In this document: one piece after another, positions 51,484 through 60,830 of the stretch
Layout: each line of letters starts with the position of its first letter
Position numbering within the stretch: position 1 is the stretch's first letter
Origin: a bacterium
GTDB taxonomy: Bacteria > Electryoneota > Electryoneia > Electryoneales > Electryoneaceae
DNA length: 64,000 nt
NCBI GenBank assembly: GCA_963669175.1
Contig: OY769902.1
Coordinates: 1,271,240-1,335,239 of the forward strand
Reading direction: 5' to 3'
Translations under genes and position numbers: made by a program
The notes under the pieces: model-generated
Told to the model about the DNA's origin: nothing
The model's database searches: none
The model's input: only the letters and a program-made list of their open reading frames with translations

Positions 51484-53595
51484 CTATTTCAGCAGCACAA
51501 CCCGTTGATATACATACCTTTCATTCTTGAAACGCGCACGCAGGAAATACACCCCACCGGATAAGGCGGATGCGTTGAAGTCTATATCGTGAACCCCCGC
51601 TTCCATCCAGGTCATCTTTCGAATCTCAGCAACACGTTCACCAAGAACATTGAACAGCTCCAGTGAAACCGGTCCGTTGTTCGGCAAAGCCAGTTGAATG
51701 GTGACGCTGGCATTAAATGGATTCGGCCAGACGCTGTTGAGCGCAAATTCTGATGGAATATCACGCGTGTCCATGTTGTCAATGGTTGAACTGGGCGCAA
51801 CGGTGAACTGGAATGCTTCATTGCAAAGGACTACATCAGAGTCACTGATTGCATAAACCCACCAGTTCACCTCAACTGGCGCATTCCATTCTTCCAGATC
51901 AAGTGAATCCAGCAGGTGAAATGCACGAATGTGATGCGGATATTCATCAATACTCCATCTTTCCTGGATAGGCGGGGTTTCGCAGGATACGTCAATCACT
52001 AGGCCGTAATGAACAGTCGTACCGGGATCGGGATCATCACTCTCTTCCCAGATGAAGAATACAACTTCAGCTTCTTCCGGAGACAATTCACAATTGTGAA
52101 CAGGCTCTGAAAGATTGAAGGAACCAGGTGGTTCCGGGACTTCAGCCAGGAAGGTAAAAGTTTGCAGAGGGGGCGAGAAAAGACCGGATTCTTCATCAAT
52201 GGCAAGAACCTCCCATGAACAGTCCTCGTCCTCAGGAACATCAGACAGGATCATGGATGATTCCCCAGGGACTTCAATGCAGATTGTATCTGGGAAATCG
52301 GATGGTATTATTCTCAAAATGTAACGCGGTATTTCACCGGGATCGAGATCAATACTGTTTGTCCATGAAAAAACGACTGGATACTCAGTAATATGTGCGT
52401 CATCGGGTGGAGTCAACAATGAAACAGGTGTTGGAATATGATATACAGCCTGAAGTTCCATGACACGGTATTGCGGGATATCAGCTTCCGGGAGGGGTGA
52501 GCAGAAAATATCCAGATCACCGTCCTGATCAAAATCTGCCAGGGCAGCATCACGTTGTCTGTACCCATCATTCTCATCAGGAAAAACCGGAGAATGAAGG
52601 AGGAAACTGTCTGGGCGCACTTGTTCCAGCCAAGCTGTTCTGTAAGAGCCAGATGAAAATTTCCATAACAGAATGTCAGAATCATTATCCTGATCCATGT
52701 CTCCAACAAGTAGTCTGTGGAACCAGATATAAGCAGATGTATAAACAAGTTCGTAGCTGTCAGCAACATACTCGTAAATCAGCAACCGATTCTCATACAG
52801 GCAGGCGAAACCGCTGGTGTCACTGTTTATACCAAACTTGAAAGGCTCTGTGTCCCGTAAACAGGCCCAGCCACCGTCTTCAATGTAAGTGTACTGGAAA
52901 CAACCATATCCCTCGTTTATCAGGCACCCTGTCCTATAATAGACTTCCTGGTAAAAGAGCAAATCAGGATAAAGATCATCATTTAAGGAACAAATATGCA
53001 GTGTCTTGCAGTTGCCCAGGAACACGCCTGTATCTGCATAAAAGTCATAGCTTGTCCATTCACCGTCTTCTGTCTGATACAAAACCAGCAACGTGAGTTC
53101 AAAGGGCAGTAAGGCAACAATATCAGGAAGTCCATCAACGTCCATATCACCTACGCCGATATCAGATACAGATCCAATATCCACGGCGATACTGCGGTAC
53201 TCAAATACGCCATCCGTTTGTTCCATCCATCCCACAACTCCGGATTCCGGGAAGGACAGGATAATGTCCAAATCACCATCTCCGTCCAGGTCGTGTACAT
53301 CAATTCCCGACGTTTCCTCAAGCGTGTCGCTGATTTCATGATACTCGAAGATCATTTCTCCAAGGTTTTCAAACCAGAACAACGTAGTTGAAAGATAATC
53401 GACATCAATACCAACAACATCAACATCCTGATCATTATCCAGGTCAACATGATGAAGGTCAAACGAATCAGTTGTCTCGATGGAATCTGCAACGATATGC
53501 ATCTGGAATTCCAGCTCATTGCTGAAAGCAAGGCTGGAACACAGGAATAAAAGGCAGGTAAACAGATAGGCTCGTGCAATGCAGGTATCGTGCAT
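51484..53595 (-). CDS. FG-GAP/VCBS-repeat protein with T9SS C-terminal sorting domain
   Basis: 703-aa ORF with repeated D-x-D-x-D-G-x-x-D loops (DLDNDQDVDVVG, DLDGDGDLDII, GDMDVDGLPDIV, ADFDQDGDLDIF). The C-terminus NPFNASVTIQLALP..GVYFLRARF..VVLLK looks like a T9SS domain. Confidence 0.75.
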   Translation of the reverse strand: MHDTCIARAYLFTCLLFLCSSLAFSNELEFQMHIVADSIETTDSFDLHHVDLDNDQDVDVVGIDVDYLSTTLFWFENLGEMIFEYHEISDTLEETSGIDVHDLDGDGDLDIILSFPESGVVGWMEQTDGVFEYRSIAVDIGSVSDIGVGDMDVDGLPDIVALLPFELTLLVLYQTEDGEWTSYDFYADTGVFLGNCKTLHICSLNDDLYPDLLFYQEVYYRTGCLINEGYGCFQYTYIEDGGWACLRDTEPFKFGINSDTSGFACLYENRLLIYEYVADSYELVYTSAYIWFHRLLVGDMDQDNDSDILLWKFSSGSYRTAWLEQVRPDSFLLHSPVFPDENDGYRQRDAALADFDQDGDLDIFCSPLPEADIPQYRVMELQAVYHIPTPVSLLTPPDDAHITEYPVVFSWTNSIDLDPGEIPRYILRIIPSDFPDTICIEVPGESSMILSDVPEDEDCSWEVLAIDEESGLFSPPLQTFTFLAEVPEPPGSFNLSEPVHNCELSPEEAEVVFFIWEESDDPDPGTTVHYGLVIDVSCETPPIQERWSIDEYPHHIRAFHLLDSLDLEEWNAPVEVNWWVYAISDSDVVLCNEAFQFTVAPSSTIDNMDTRDIPSEFALNSVWPNPFNASVTIQLALPNNGPVSLELFNVLGERVAEIRKMTWMEAGVHDIDFNASALSGGVYFLRARFKNERYVYQRVVLLK

Positions 53596-53953
53596 GGGCG
53601 CCCCTGAGAGTTCGCTGATTCTCTTCTGTTGAAGCTACAATATAAGATGACGATATGTGGGGAATTATTCAAGGAAACAGGGAAAATTTCTCAATTAACA
53701 TCATGATATTCAGTCCACCAGGGGCAATCCGACAAGAACAGGGGGGAGTCAGGGGGCGTGTGCTTTGGTTCACATTGCCTGAATAATGGGCATTATATAC
53801 TGCCTCCCGGAGCGGACGAAAAATGTGTATCAATTCAATACAGTTGCTTGATCAGGTTGGAGTGGGGCCTGTTTCACATCTATATTGAAACAGGTAGGAA
53901 ATCGGCGCTTTCCGTTTTGTAACGATACAGGTTTGTTAAACAGGAGTTCCTCC

Positions 53954-55450
53954 ATGCCACATGGGGAATCCGCATTTGTGCCATCCTCCACGCTGGTTTT
54001 TATCGTGGAAGATGATCACTTTCAGGCCCAGCATGCTCGCATCCTGATAGAACGGATGGGGTTTGAGACTATGGTGTTCCCTAATGGCGAAGCTGCGCTT
54101 GATGAGCTTCAGGGGGGCACGATTCCGTCTGCGATGCTGCTGGATTTGATGATGCCGGGCATGGGAGGCATGGAAACGCTGAAAGAGATCCGCAAGCAGG
54201 ATCCGAACCTGCCCGTTATCATTGCCAGCGCCCAGGACAAAGTTTCCATTGCCATGGAAGCGATTCGCAGCGGCGCCAATGATTACCTGACCAAACCTAT
54301 CGATGCGGAGAACCTGAAACGAATCCTGAACTTCGTCGTTGAAAAGCGTCGTATGGCGATGGAAATCGCTCTGCTGCGCCATCAGGTCAGCGAGCATTAC
54401 AGCTTCCATAAGTTGATCGGTCGTTCCGCACAGATGAAAAGCATTTTCAAGCTGATCGAAAAGACGCTGCACAACGATATCAATGTGCTGGTCCTGGGCG
54501 AATCCGGTACGGGCAAGGAACTGGTGGCTCGTGCAATTCACTTTAACGGTGGACGTGCGCAGCATCCGTTCATTGTCGTCAACTGTGCCGCGATTCCAAG
54601 TGAGCTGGTGGAATCTGAACTTTTCGGCCACGAAAAGGGATCGTTTACCGGTGCGGTACAGCAGAAAATCGGCAAGTTCGAATTAGCGGACAAGGGCACG
54701 CTATTCCTGGATGAGATCGGCGATCTTGATTTCGGGGTGCAGGCCAAGCTGTTGCGTGTCTTGCAGGAACGTGAGTTCGAACGTGTTGGCGGAACCCGCA
54801 CCATTCCGGTAGATGTGCGTGTCCTGGCGGCGACACGGCAGGACTTATCCACGATGGTGGAGAATGGCCGGTTCCGTGAAGACCTGTATTACCGGATCAA
54901 TGCGTTTACTGTCAATATTCCGCCGCTGCGTGAACGCAAAGAGGATATTCCCTTACTGGCGCGACATTTCCTGATCAAACATGCCAAACCGCTGGGGCGT
55001 GAGGATATCGAGGCCTTTACCCCCAACGCAATCGCCATGCTGGAAAACTGCCCCTGGCCGGGGAATGTACGACAATTGGAAAACGCGGTCAGTCGTGCTA
55101 TTGTACTGGCAGAATCATCAATGATCCGTTCGTTGGATTTCCCCGCCGAGCTCCAGAAATACGATCCCGACCCGGAAGCGGACGCTTTATCGCCAGTCGA
55201 TCAGGTGCAAGATCCGGCTGCTGCAGTTGAAGCAGTGATCGAAAACAACACGCAGCATAAAGATGAACCTGATTGCCTGCCAGCTTTCAAGTCACCGGAT
55301 GAGATCCCGTCGCTTGAGTCGATTAAAGCATGGGCGATTGAACAGGCCGTGAAATCAACTGATGGTAACATTTCCCTCGCCGCCAAGAAACTAGGCCTGG
55401 GACGAGCTACCATGTATCGCCTGATGGAAAAGCATGGGATTGAGGTTTGA
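53954..55450 (+). CDS. Sigma-54-dependent response regulator (NtrC family)
   Basis: The track ORF starts at 53885; ATG 53954 follows CAGGAG. It has a canonical receiver ([18 protein letters not shown]), an AAA+ domain ([14 protein letters not shown]) and a C-terminal HTH. Confidence 0.93.
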   Translation: MPHGESAFVPSSTLVFIVEDDHFQAQHARILIERMGFETMVFPNGEAALDELQGGTIPSAMLLDLMMPGMGGMETLKEIRKQDPNLPVIIASAQDKVSIAMEAIRSGANDYLTKPIDAENLKRILNFVVEKRRMAMEIALLRHQVSEHYSFHKLIGRSAQMKSIFKLIEKTLHNDINVLVLGESGTGKELVARAIHFNGGRAQHPFIVVNCAAIPSELVESELFGHEKGSFTGAVQQKIGKFELADKGTLFLDEIGDLDFGVQAKLLRVLQEREFERVGGTRTIPVDVRVLAATRQDLSTMVENGRFREDLYYRINAFTVNIPPLRERKEDIPLLARHFLIKHAKPLGREDIEAFTPNAIAMLENCPWPGNVRQLENAVSRAIVLAESSMIRSLDFPAELQKYDPDPEADALSPVDQVQDPAAAVEAVIENNTQHKDEPDCLPAFKSPDEIPSLESIKAWAIEQAVKSTDGNISLAAKKLGLGRATMYRLMEKHGIEV

Positions 55451-55455
55451 TCGGA

Positions 55456-55489
55456 AGTGAAAAAAGTAGGCAGTGAAAAAAGTGAAAAA
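55456..55489 (+). repeat. Family G box, left arm of a perfect 34-bp inverted repeat
   Basis: AGTGAAAAAAGTAGGCAGTGAAAAAAGTGAAAAA is the exact reverse complement of 55814-55847. Confidence 0.95.
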
Positions 55490-55520
55490 AGAAGTCACAT
55501 ATTTCTGACTTAAAGTTTAG

Positions 55521-55727
55521 CTGTTCTCGATTTTATTCCGACATAATGGAGATTGCCGGGAAAAGGGGACGGGATCCTTTTCCTTGCGCTTATAACAGAA
55601 CATTCCTGAAGTATTCATGGAAAAGGAAACTGTCCCCTTTTTCCATATCCTTTCTTTCAACCATAGAAAGGATCTTTCACTGATATAGCACATGACCCTA
55701 TGACGGATTAATAATGGGATTCTCTAT
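55521..55727 (+). repeat. Family C element, copy C3 (internally deleted)
   Basis: Dyad boxes at 55559-55583 and 55619-55644. Both ends are collinear with C1 and C2. Confidence 0.85.
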
Positions 55728-55813
55728 ACTTCGGTGAAAATGTTGAAAATTCTGTTTGGTCGACTCGACGCCAATACAAATATTGTTACTCGCGATCAAA
55801 GACAGTTCAGTCC

Positions 55814-55847
55814 TTTTTCACTTTTTTCACTGCCTACTTTTTTCACT
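55814..55847 (-). repeat. Family G box, right arm of a perfect 34-bp inverted repeat
   Basis: TTTTTCACTTTTTTCACTGCCTACTTTTTTCACT lies 8 nt downstream of the SDR stop, in gene sense. Confidence 0.95.
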
Positions 55848-55855
55848 ACGCATTA

Positions 55856-56632
55856 TCAAACAAACTTACTTCCCTTCAACCACCCCAGCATTTGCAAACG
55901 ATAGAAGAAATTCGGCGCCAGGGCGAACAGGTACTTAAAGATTTTAAAGCTGAAGGGTTCGTCATAGGTGCCGACAGGGTTACCACTCTCGATCCACTTT
56001 ACGATTACCCGGGCGACATGATCCCCGTTGGGGGCTGAATTGACACGTTTTGCCCGAATTTTATACCCCGCCTCATTCACTCGGTTAACCGGCGCCCAGG
56101 CCAATGGTCCCTTGATCGCGCCGGGACGGTACAGACGTATACGGACATTCTTTTCTGCAGCGTAATAAGCGATGGGGCCAACACCGCTTACAAAATAATG
56201 CAGCGCAATCTTGCTGGCATGATAGATCGGTCCGAAACAGGAGGGACTGCCATCCGCGATAGAACCGATGGCAATGATATCCAATGGACGTGAATGCTCC
56301 ATCTCCGCTGCCTGAATGCTGACCCAGGAAGGGAACAGGTAGTTGACTTTGGTTATCGAATTATACTGATCCAGCAAAGGAAGTCCGTCTTTGCCGACTT
56401 CGGTTTCAATCTGCCCGGCATTGAGGACAATGATGTCCGGTTTAAAGTCGAGCAGCTTTCGGGCGTCTTCTTCCGTATCCTGGGCATTGGTGTGCAGCTC
56501 GGAAAAACAGGTGGAATCTTCAACGGCATCCTTACGGGAAACACCGATCACATGCCAGCCTTTTCGGATGTACAGACGTCCCAAAGCTGATCCCAGTATC
56601 CCGGAAATGCCTGTGATTACGATGGTTTTCAT
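55856..56632 (-). CDS. SDR-family oxidoreductase
   Basis: 258-aa ORF with the TGISGILG cofactor motif and the YHASK catalytic motif. Confidence 0.85.
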   Translation of the reverse strand: MKTIVITGISGILGSALGRLYIRKGWHVIGVSRKDAVEDSTCFSELHTNAQDTEEDARKLLDFKPDIIVLNAGQIETEVGKDGLPLLDQYNSITKVNYLFPSWVSIQAAEMEHSRPLDIIAIGSIADGSPSCFGPIYHASKIALHYFVSGVGPIAYYAAEKNVRIRLYRPGAIKGPLAWAPVNRVNEAGYKIRAKRVNSAPNGDHVARVIVKWIESGNPVGTYDEPFSFKIFKYLFALAPNFFYRLQMLGWLKGSKFV

Positions 56633-56656
56633 CCTGTCTCCTATCTCTGCTTATGT

Positions 56657-58159
56657 TCACTTTGTCAAATGATCCGCCACACGCAGCGCGTTTGCGATAA
56701 TGGTTAACGCCGGTCCGACTCCCAATGAGGTCGGCATGAAACTGCCATCCACCACGAAAACATTATCTGTATCATGGACACGGCAGCAGCGATCCAGCAC
56801 AGATGTTTTCGGATTGTCACCAAACCGGCAGGTGCCAACTTGGTGTGCTGTGTGGATGTCGTCCTTTTCGCCGGTTACACCAACCGTCAGCATCGCACCG
56901 CAGTGTCTCATCAACCTGGTCAACCTTTTCTTGACGAACTTCATCCGGAAGCTGTCATATTCGTGGAACTGGTGGTTCAGGCTGACCCGGTTGGTCCGAT
57001 CCAGCGAAACTCTGTTCTCTGGTCGTGGTAAATCTTCAACTGTGGCGGCGAAGGCCAACGTCCTTTCGTATACCTTTTCCGCCAGTGGAAAGGGAACCGG
57101 GAAGGGCGCTTCATTTTGCAAAGTCAGCGGGCCGGGAACGGGCAGGGTTTGCACATAGCCCAGTTTGTGCGGAAATTCGGGTGTGCCGAAATAGTCATCG
57201 GTCCAGCCAAATTGTTTGCTGAACCGGTCTGCAGCCCCGGTTTCTTTCGGGAATACGCCTACAACCAGCGCTCCGGCATGGTACATGTAATTACGCCCCA
57301 GTTCATCACTGGTCTGCCCCAGGCCGCTGTTCATCAGCAATACCGGGGACCAGACCGCGCCCTGGGAAATGATGAAAGTTTGCGCGCTGACTTGAACCCT
57401 CGCACCGGTAGAACGATTGCGCACTTGCAGGGATTGAATTGTCTTGGCGCCGTTGGGTTTGCGGATAAGTTTTTCCGCTTCCCAACCGGACCAAAAAGTA
57501 GCGCCGAAGTCTTCTACCGCCGGATCAAGCGCTAGCTGTGCAGCGTTACCACGGCTCCCGTTGGGACAGTAATATCCCGGGCAGGTTGGGCAACGAAGGC
57601 AGGTAGCAAAATTGATAGCCAGGGGCAAATGAAATGGGGAGATCCCGTGACACTCCAGCTCGGGTTTGATGCGTTGGTTGATCGGTTCCAGCTCCGGCAA
57701 CGTGCCCGGATAGGGAATCGCCCGTTTGCCCAGGTGAGGAATTTCTGCCTTGTGGTCCCCGGAAACGCGGAACAGGTTTTCAGCTTCCGTATACCAGGGT
57801 TCAAGTTCATCATAGGACAGCGGCCATTGGTGCAGGTGGTCAGGCACGTGATCGGCATACCAGTCACCGGGTGTGAAATCCTCTTTTGCAGGCCGTAATA
57901 AAGCGCCGCCGTAAAGCGCTGTACCACCGCCCGGAATTCCACCGACATACAACCTGTCAGAGCGTCCATTCAGTTGAATGGCACGGTCATCCTGCGCTTC
58001 TCGGCGAATAAGCATCCGGTGTTCATTCTGAAACGCGGTTCTGTCCTTCAGCGGAAAACCGCGTTCAACAACCAGTACACGTTTCCCGGCCTTCGCCAGC
58101 GCATAGGCAATGGTGGAGCCGCCAGCCCCCGAACCGGATACCACAACATCGAAATCCAT
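56657..58159 (-). CDS. GMC-family FAD-dependent oxidoreductase
   Basis: 500-aa ORF with DFDVVVSGSGAGGS FAD binding and the C-terminal HQVGTCRFG..VVDGSFMP motif. Confidence 0.85.
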   Translation of the reverse strand: MDFDVVVSGSGAGGSTIAYALAKAGKRVLVVERGFPLKDRTAFQNEHRMLIRREAQDDRAIQLNGRSDRLYVGGIPGGGTALYGGALLRPAKEDFTPGDWYADHVPDHLHQWPLSYDELEPWYTEAENLFRVSGDHKAEIPHLGKRAIPYPGTLPELEPINQRIKPELECHGISPFHLPLAINFATCLRCPTCPGYYCPNGSRGNAAQLALDPAVEDFGATFWSGWEAEKLIRKPNGAKTIQSLQVRNRSTGARVQVSAQTFIISQGAVWSPVLLMNSGLGQTSDELGRNYMYHAGALVVGVFPKETGAADRFSKQFGWTDDYFGTPEFPHKLGYVQTLPVPGPLTLQNEAPFPVPFPLAEKVYERTLAFAATVEDLPRPENRVSLDRTNRVSLNHQFHEYDSFRMKFVKKRLTRLMRHCGAMLTVGVTGEKDDIHTAHQVGTCRFGDNPKTSVLDRCCRVHDTDNVFVVDGSFMPTSLGVGPALTIIANALRVADHLTK

Positions 58160-58171
58160 GCAACGTGTCCA

Positions 58172-60562
58172 CTAATCAACAAAAGGTTCCAGCCGTGGTT
58201 TCAGCTCTTCGCTGGATAGCTGTTTCAGTACGGCTTCCCAACCGGAATTCGCCATGCCACGCACACGTGACAGATGACGCATTTCTTCATACTGCTCCGG
58301 CTGGTTCTCCACCATACTGATCAGGTTCAGTATGGCGTTCACCCAGGGTTCTTTTTCCAAGGCGGGGAGGATGAAACCAGTTTCACCATGATCCACCAGT
58401 TCTTTCGGGCCGCCACGATCCGAGACCAACGCCGGCAACTCGCTACATTGGGACTCGAGAACCACCATGCCGAAGGTGTCCGTGACACTGGGGAAGACAA
58501 AAGCGTGGCCCTGTGAATAATAGAATGGCATATGATCCCATGGAAGTTTCCCGGTGAAAACGACACGTGGATCATTCCCGAGTTCACGCTTCATTTCATC
58601 CAGGTACGGCCCGACGCCAAGGACGATCAGGTTGACATCTTCCCTTGTCTGCCAGACTTCACGCAGGACATCAATCAGGAAGGGCAGGTTTTTATCACGT
58701 GATACCCGCCCCGCAAAGACAAGGTTGATTCCCGGGGGAAGGTCCAGCTTGTGTTCGCCCAGGGCTTCCTGTGGGATATAGCAGAAACGGTCATGGTCAA
58801 TCTGTCGCGGGAAAACACGCATCTTGGCAGGATCAAGCCCACGCTTTGCCATGATATCGATATACTCCTGCGTGGGAACCTTGATCTCATCCATGAAGGA
58901 ATAGAACCAGTTCACTGCCGATTCAACTGTCTCGACGATGTCGCTGTCATCTTCATTTTCAGCGATATGGCTCAATTCAAGGGTGAAATCGGTATGGTAC
59001 ACCCCGATCATGGGAATGTTGAACAATTTGGCAGCGATTGCGCCAAGAATGCCCACCGGTCCCGGCGTGGAGATGAAGATTTCATCAGGTTCGTAATCAT
59101 TGAGCTGCTTCAGCGCTTTGAGGATGCTGGGAATTTTCATCCGCTGAGATTCATAATACGGAAGCTGAAATTCTGTCACCGAAGGCAGGTTAATCATGTT
59201 GGGCGGTAATGCGCCGGTGACCTCATCTTTACTCAAAGAAGTCACGATTTTGATATCAATCCCGCTGGCGAAGAACTGCCAGCCAAGGTGTTTCAAGGTC
59301 ACCGAAACGCCATTCAGGTCGTTCAGGGTGTCGGTAAACCAGAGAATACGACGGTTCGGTTTTTCCGGAAGTTGAGCTCGCAGATCAGCCAGGAGTTTCC
59401 GGTTGTTATTCAAGTGGTGCAGGCTGCTGAAGAACGGCACCGCCAGAAACATACCGGGCAGTGCTGAGGAAAGTTTGTTCATCAATGCGAAAACATCGCC
59501 CTGATCCACCTGTTCCTGCACATTGGCAAGGAATCCGCCGACCATATTATCCGCAATTTCGGTGACCGTGTCATACAGCTTGTCCAGGTTTTCTTCAATG
59601 GATTGAATCTTGGACTTGCGAATATCTTCCACCAGTTCGGCTATCTTGCGCTTGTAGGGCTGGGAAGGATCAGCCTTGAGCCCCATTACGGTCAGGCTGT
59701 CCAGCAGGTTGGCTTTGCGCTCGCCGAAGATAATCGAGTTGATGGCATTCAGACTGAAGGTATTGAGTAACGGTTGACTGCGTTGCTTGGAATAATCGTG
59801 TGCGATTTTGTATACGGTGAAGGCCAGTGACTGGAAATCGTTGGAGCGTCCCTTGGCGAATGCTTTCCGGCTGTTTACATGGGTCAGGAATTCTTTTGGA
59901 TTGGTTGCTCCCGCGAGGGTATAGGTGCGTCCTACATAGATTCCGGCGTGATCGTCTGACCCGCCAGTGAATCCCTTTACCCATGAATTGGAGCGTTGAT
60001 AATCAATACCATGACGTTGTTGAAGCTTCTGCATCGCTTCATCATTCAGGTATTTCAGGAAGTAGTACAGGGTGGTGTTGGAGGAACGTGCCTGGCCACC
60101 GCTGATGGCTTCGAATACATCAAACAGCAGTACCAGCTTTTCGAGATGCGAGATGCTCAATTTGTGGTTGATGCTGTAGGTGGGGTGCGCGACTGAATGC
60201 GCCAGCTTCTGGTCAACCAGGTAGTCGCGCAACGTATAGATATTCTCGCGAATGCGTTGAATCTCTTCAAACTGCTCTCCGGTCAATCCCCAGATCAGCA
60301 GGTGAATTTTGCAGCCGTCTTCGGGGAAATACGTGGTGGACTCCACACCTGTGAACGCGTCATCATATCTCTCCGCCAATTGAATCGCGCCGTCCATGCA
60401 GTTGTGGTCGGTGATTGTGACAAAATCCATTCCCCTTTCCTTCGCCATCTGGTAGATGGTTTCCGGCTCGGTATAGGATTGGGACGCGCCCAGTTTCTGC
60501 AGGAACCACTCGGACGGACGGTCGGAATACCTGGAATGGACGTGAAGATCTGCTTTGGCCAT
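58172..60562 (-). CDS. PHP-domain phosphoesterase fused to a GT4-family glycosyltransferase
   Basis: 796-aa ORF. The N-terminus ADLHVHSRYSDRP..FVTITDHN is PHP-like. The C-terminal half has GT-B/GT4 motifs (VFAGRVSRDKN, FVFPSVTDTFGMVVLESQ, GGPKELV). Confidence 0.8.
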   Translation of the reverse strand: MAKADLHVHSRYSDRPSEWFLQKLGASQSYTEPETIYQMAKERGMDFVTITDHNCMDGAIQLAERYDDAFTGVESTTYFPEDGCKIHLLIWGLTGEQFEEIQRIRENIYTLRDYLVDQKLAHSVAHPTYSINHKLSISHLEKLVLLFDVFEAISGGQARSSNTTLYYFLKYLNDEAMQKLQQRHGIDYQRSNSWVKGFTGGSDDHAGIYVGRTYTLAGATNPKEFLTHVNSRKAFAKGRSNDFQSLAFTVYKIAHDYSKQRSQPLLNTFSLNAINSIIFGERKANLLDSLTVMGLKADPSQPYKRKIAELVEDIRKSKIQSIEENLDKLYDTVTEIADNMVGGFLANVQEQVDQGDVFALMNKLSSALPGMFLAVPFFSSLHHLNNNRKLLADLRAQLPEKPNRRILWFTDTLNDLNGVSVTLKHLGWQFFASGIDIKIVTSLSKDEVTGALPPNMINLPSVTEFQLPYYESQRMKIPSILKALKQLNDYEPDEIFISTPGPVGILGAIAAKLFNIPMIGVYHTDFTLELSHIAENEDDSDIVETVESAVNWFYSFMDEIKVPTQEYIDIMAKRGLDPAKMRVFPRQIDHDRFCYIPQEALGEHKLDLPPGINLVFAGRVSRDKNLPFLIDVLREVWQTREDVNLIVLGVGPYLDEMKRELGNDPRVVFTGKLPWDHMPFYYSQGHAFVFPSVTDTFGMVVLESQCSELPALVSDRGGPKELVDHGETGFILPALEKEPWVNAILNLISMVENQPEQYEEMRHLSRVRGMANSGWEAVLKQLSSEELKPRLEPFVD

Positions 60563-60830
60563 AAACCCCTCACTGGTTGCTCACAATTCGCGGATTTTTG
60601 TTCACCCGGAATGGCGAGCGTGTAAATCACGGTATAGTTGACCTATACTTTACTTGCGCGAATCTTTGCGTTGTGTCAGGATATGCGTTTTTTGTTAGCG
60701 TTTGTCGAGTGTTCCGTTAAAGGAACATGTTGGTCTCGTTCGTCTCTTCCCCTGCGCAAAGCTCTGAGATATCGTATATTACTTTCGCTTTTTGATCGGG
60801 AAACGCCACCATTCCAACAGGGACCGATCC

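Noticed and set aside
53765-53780. Sigma-54 promoter (TTGGTTCACATTGCCT) between the FG-GAP gene and the second NtrC-type gene.
   Set aside because: The GG and GC are separated by 8 nt rather than the required 10 nt, and the flanking bases do not match TGGCAC/TTGCA.
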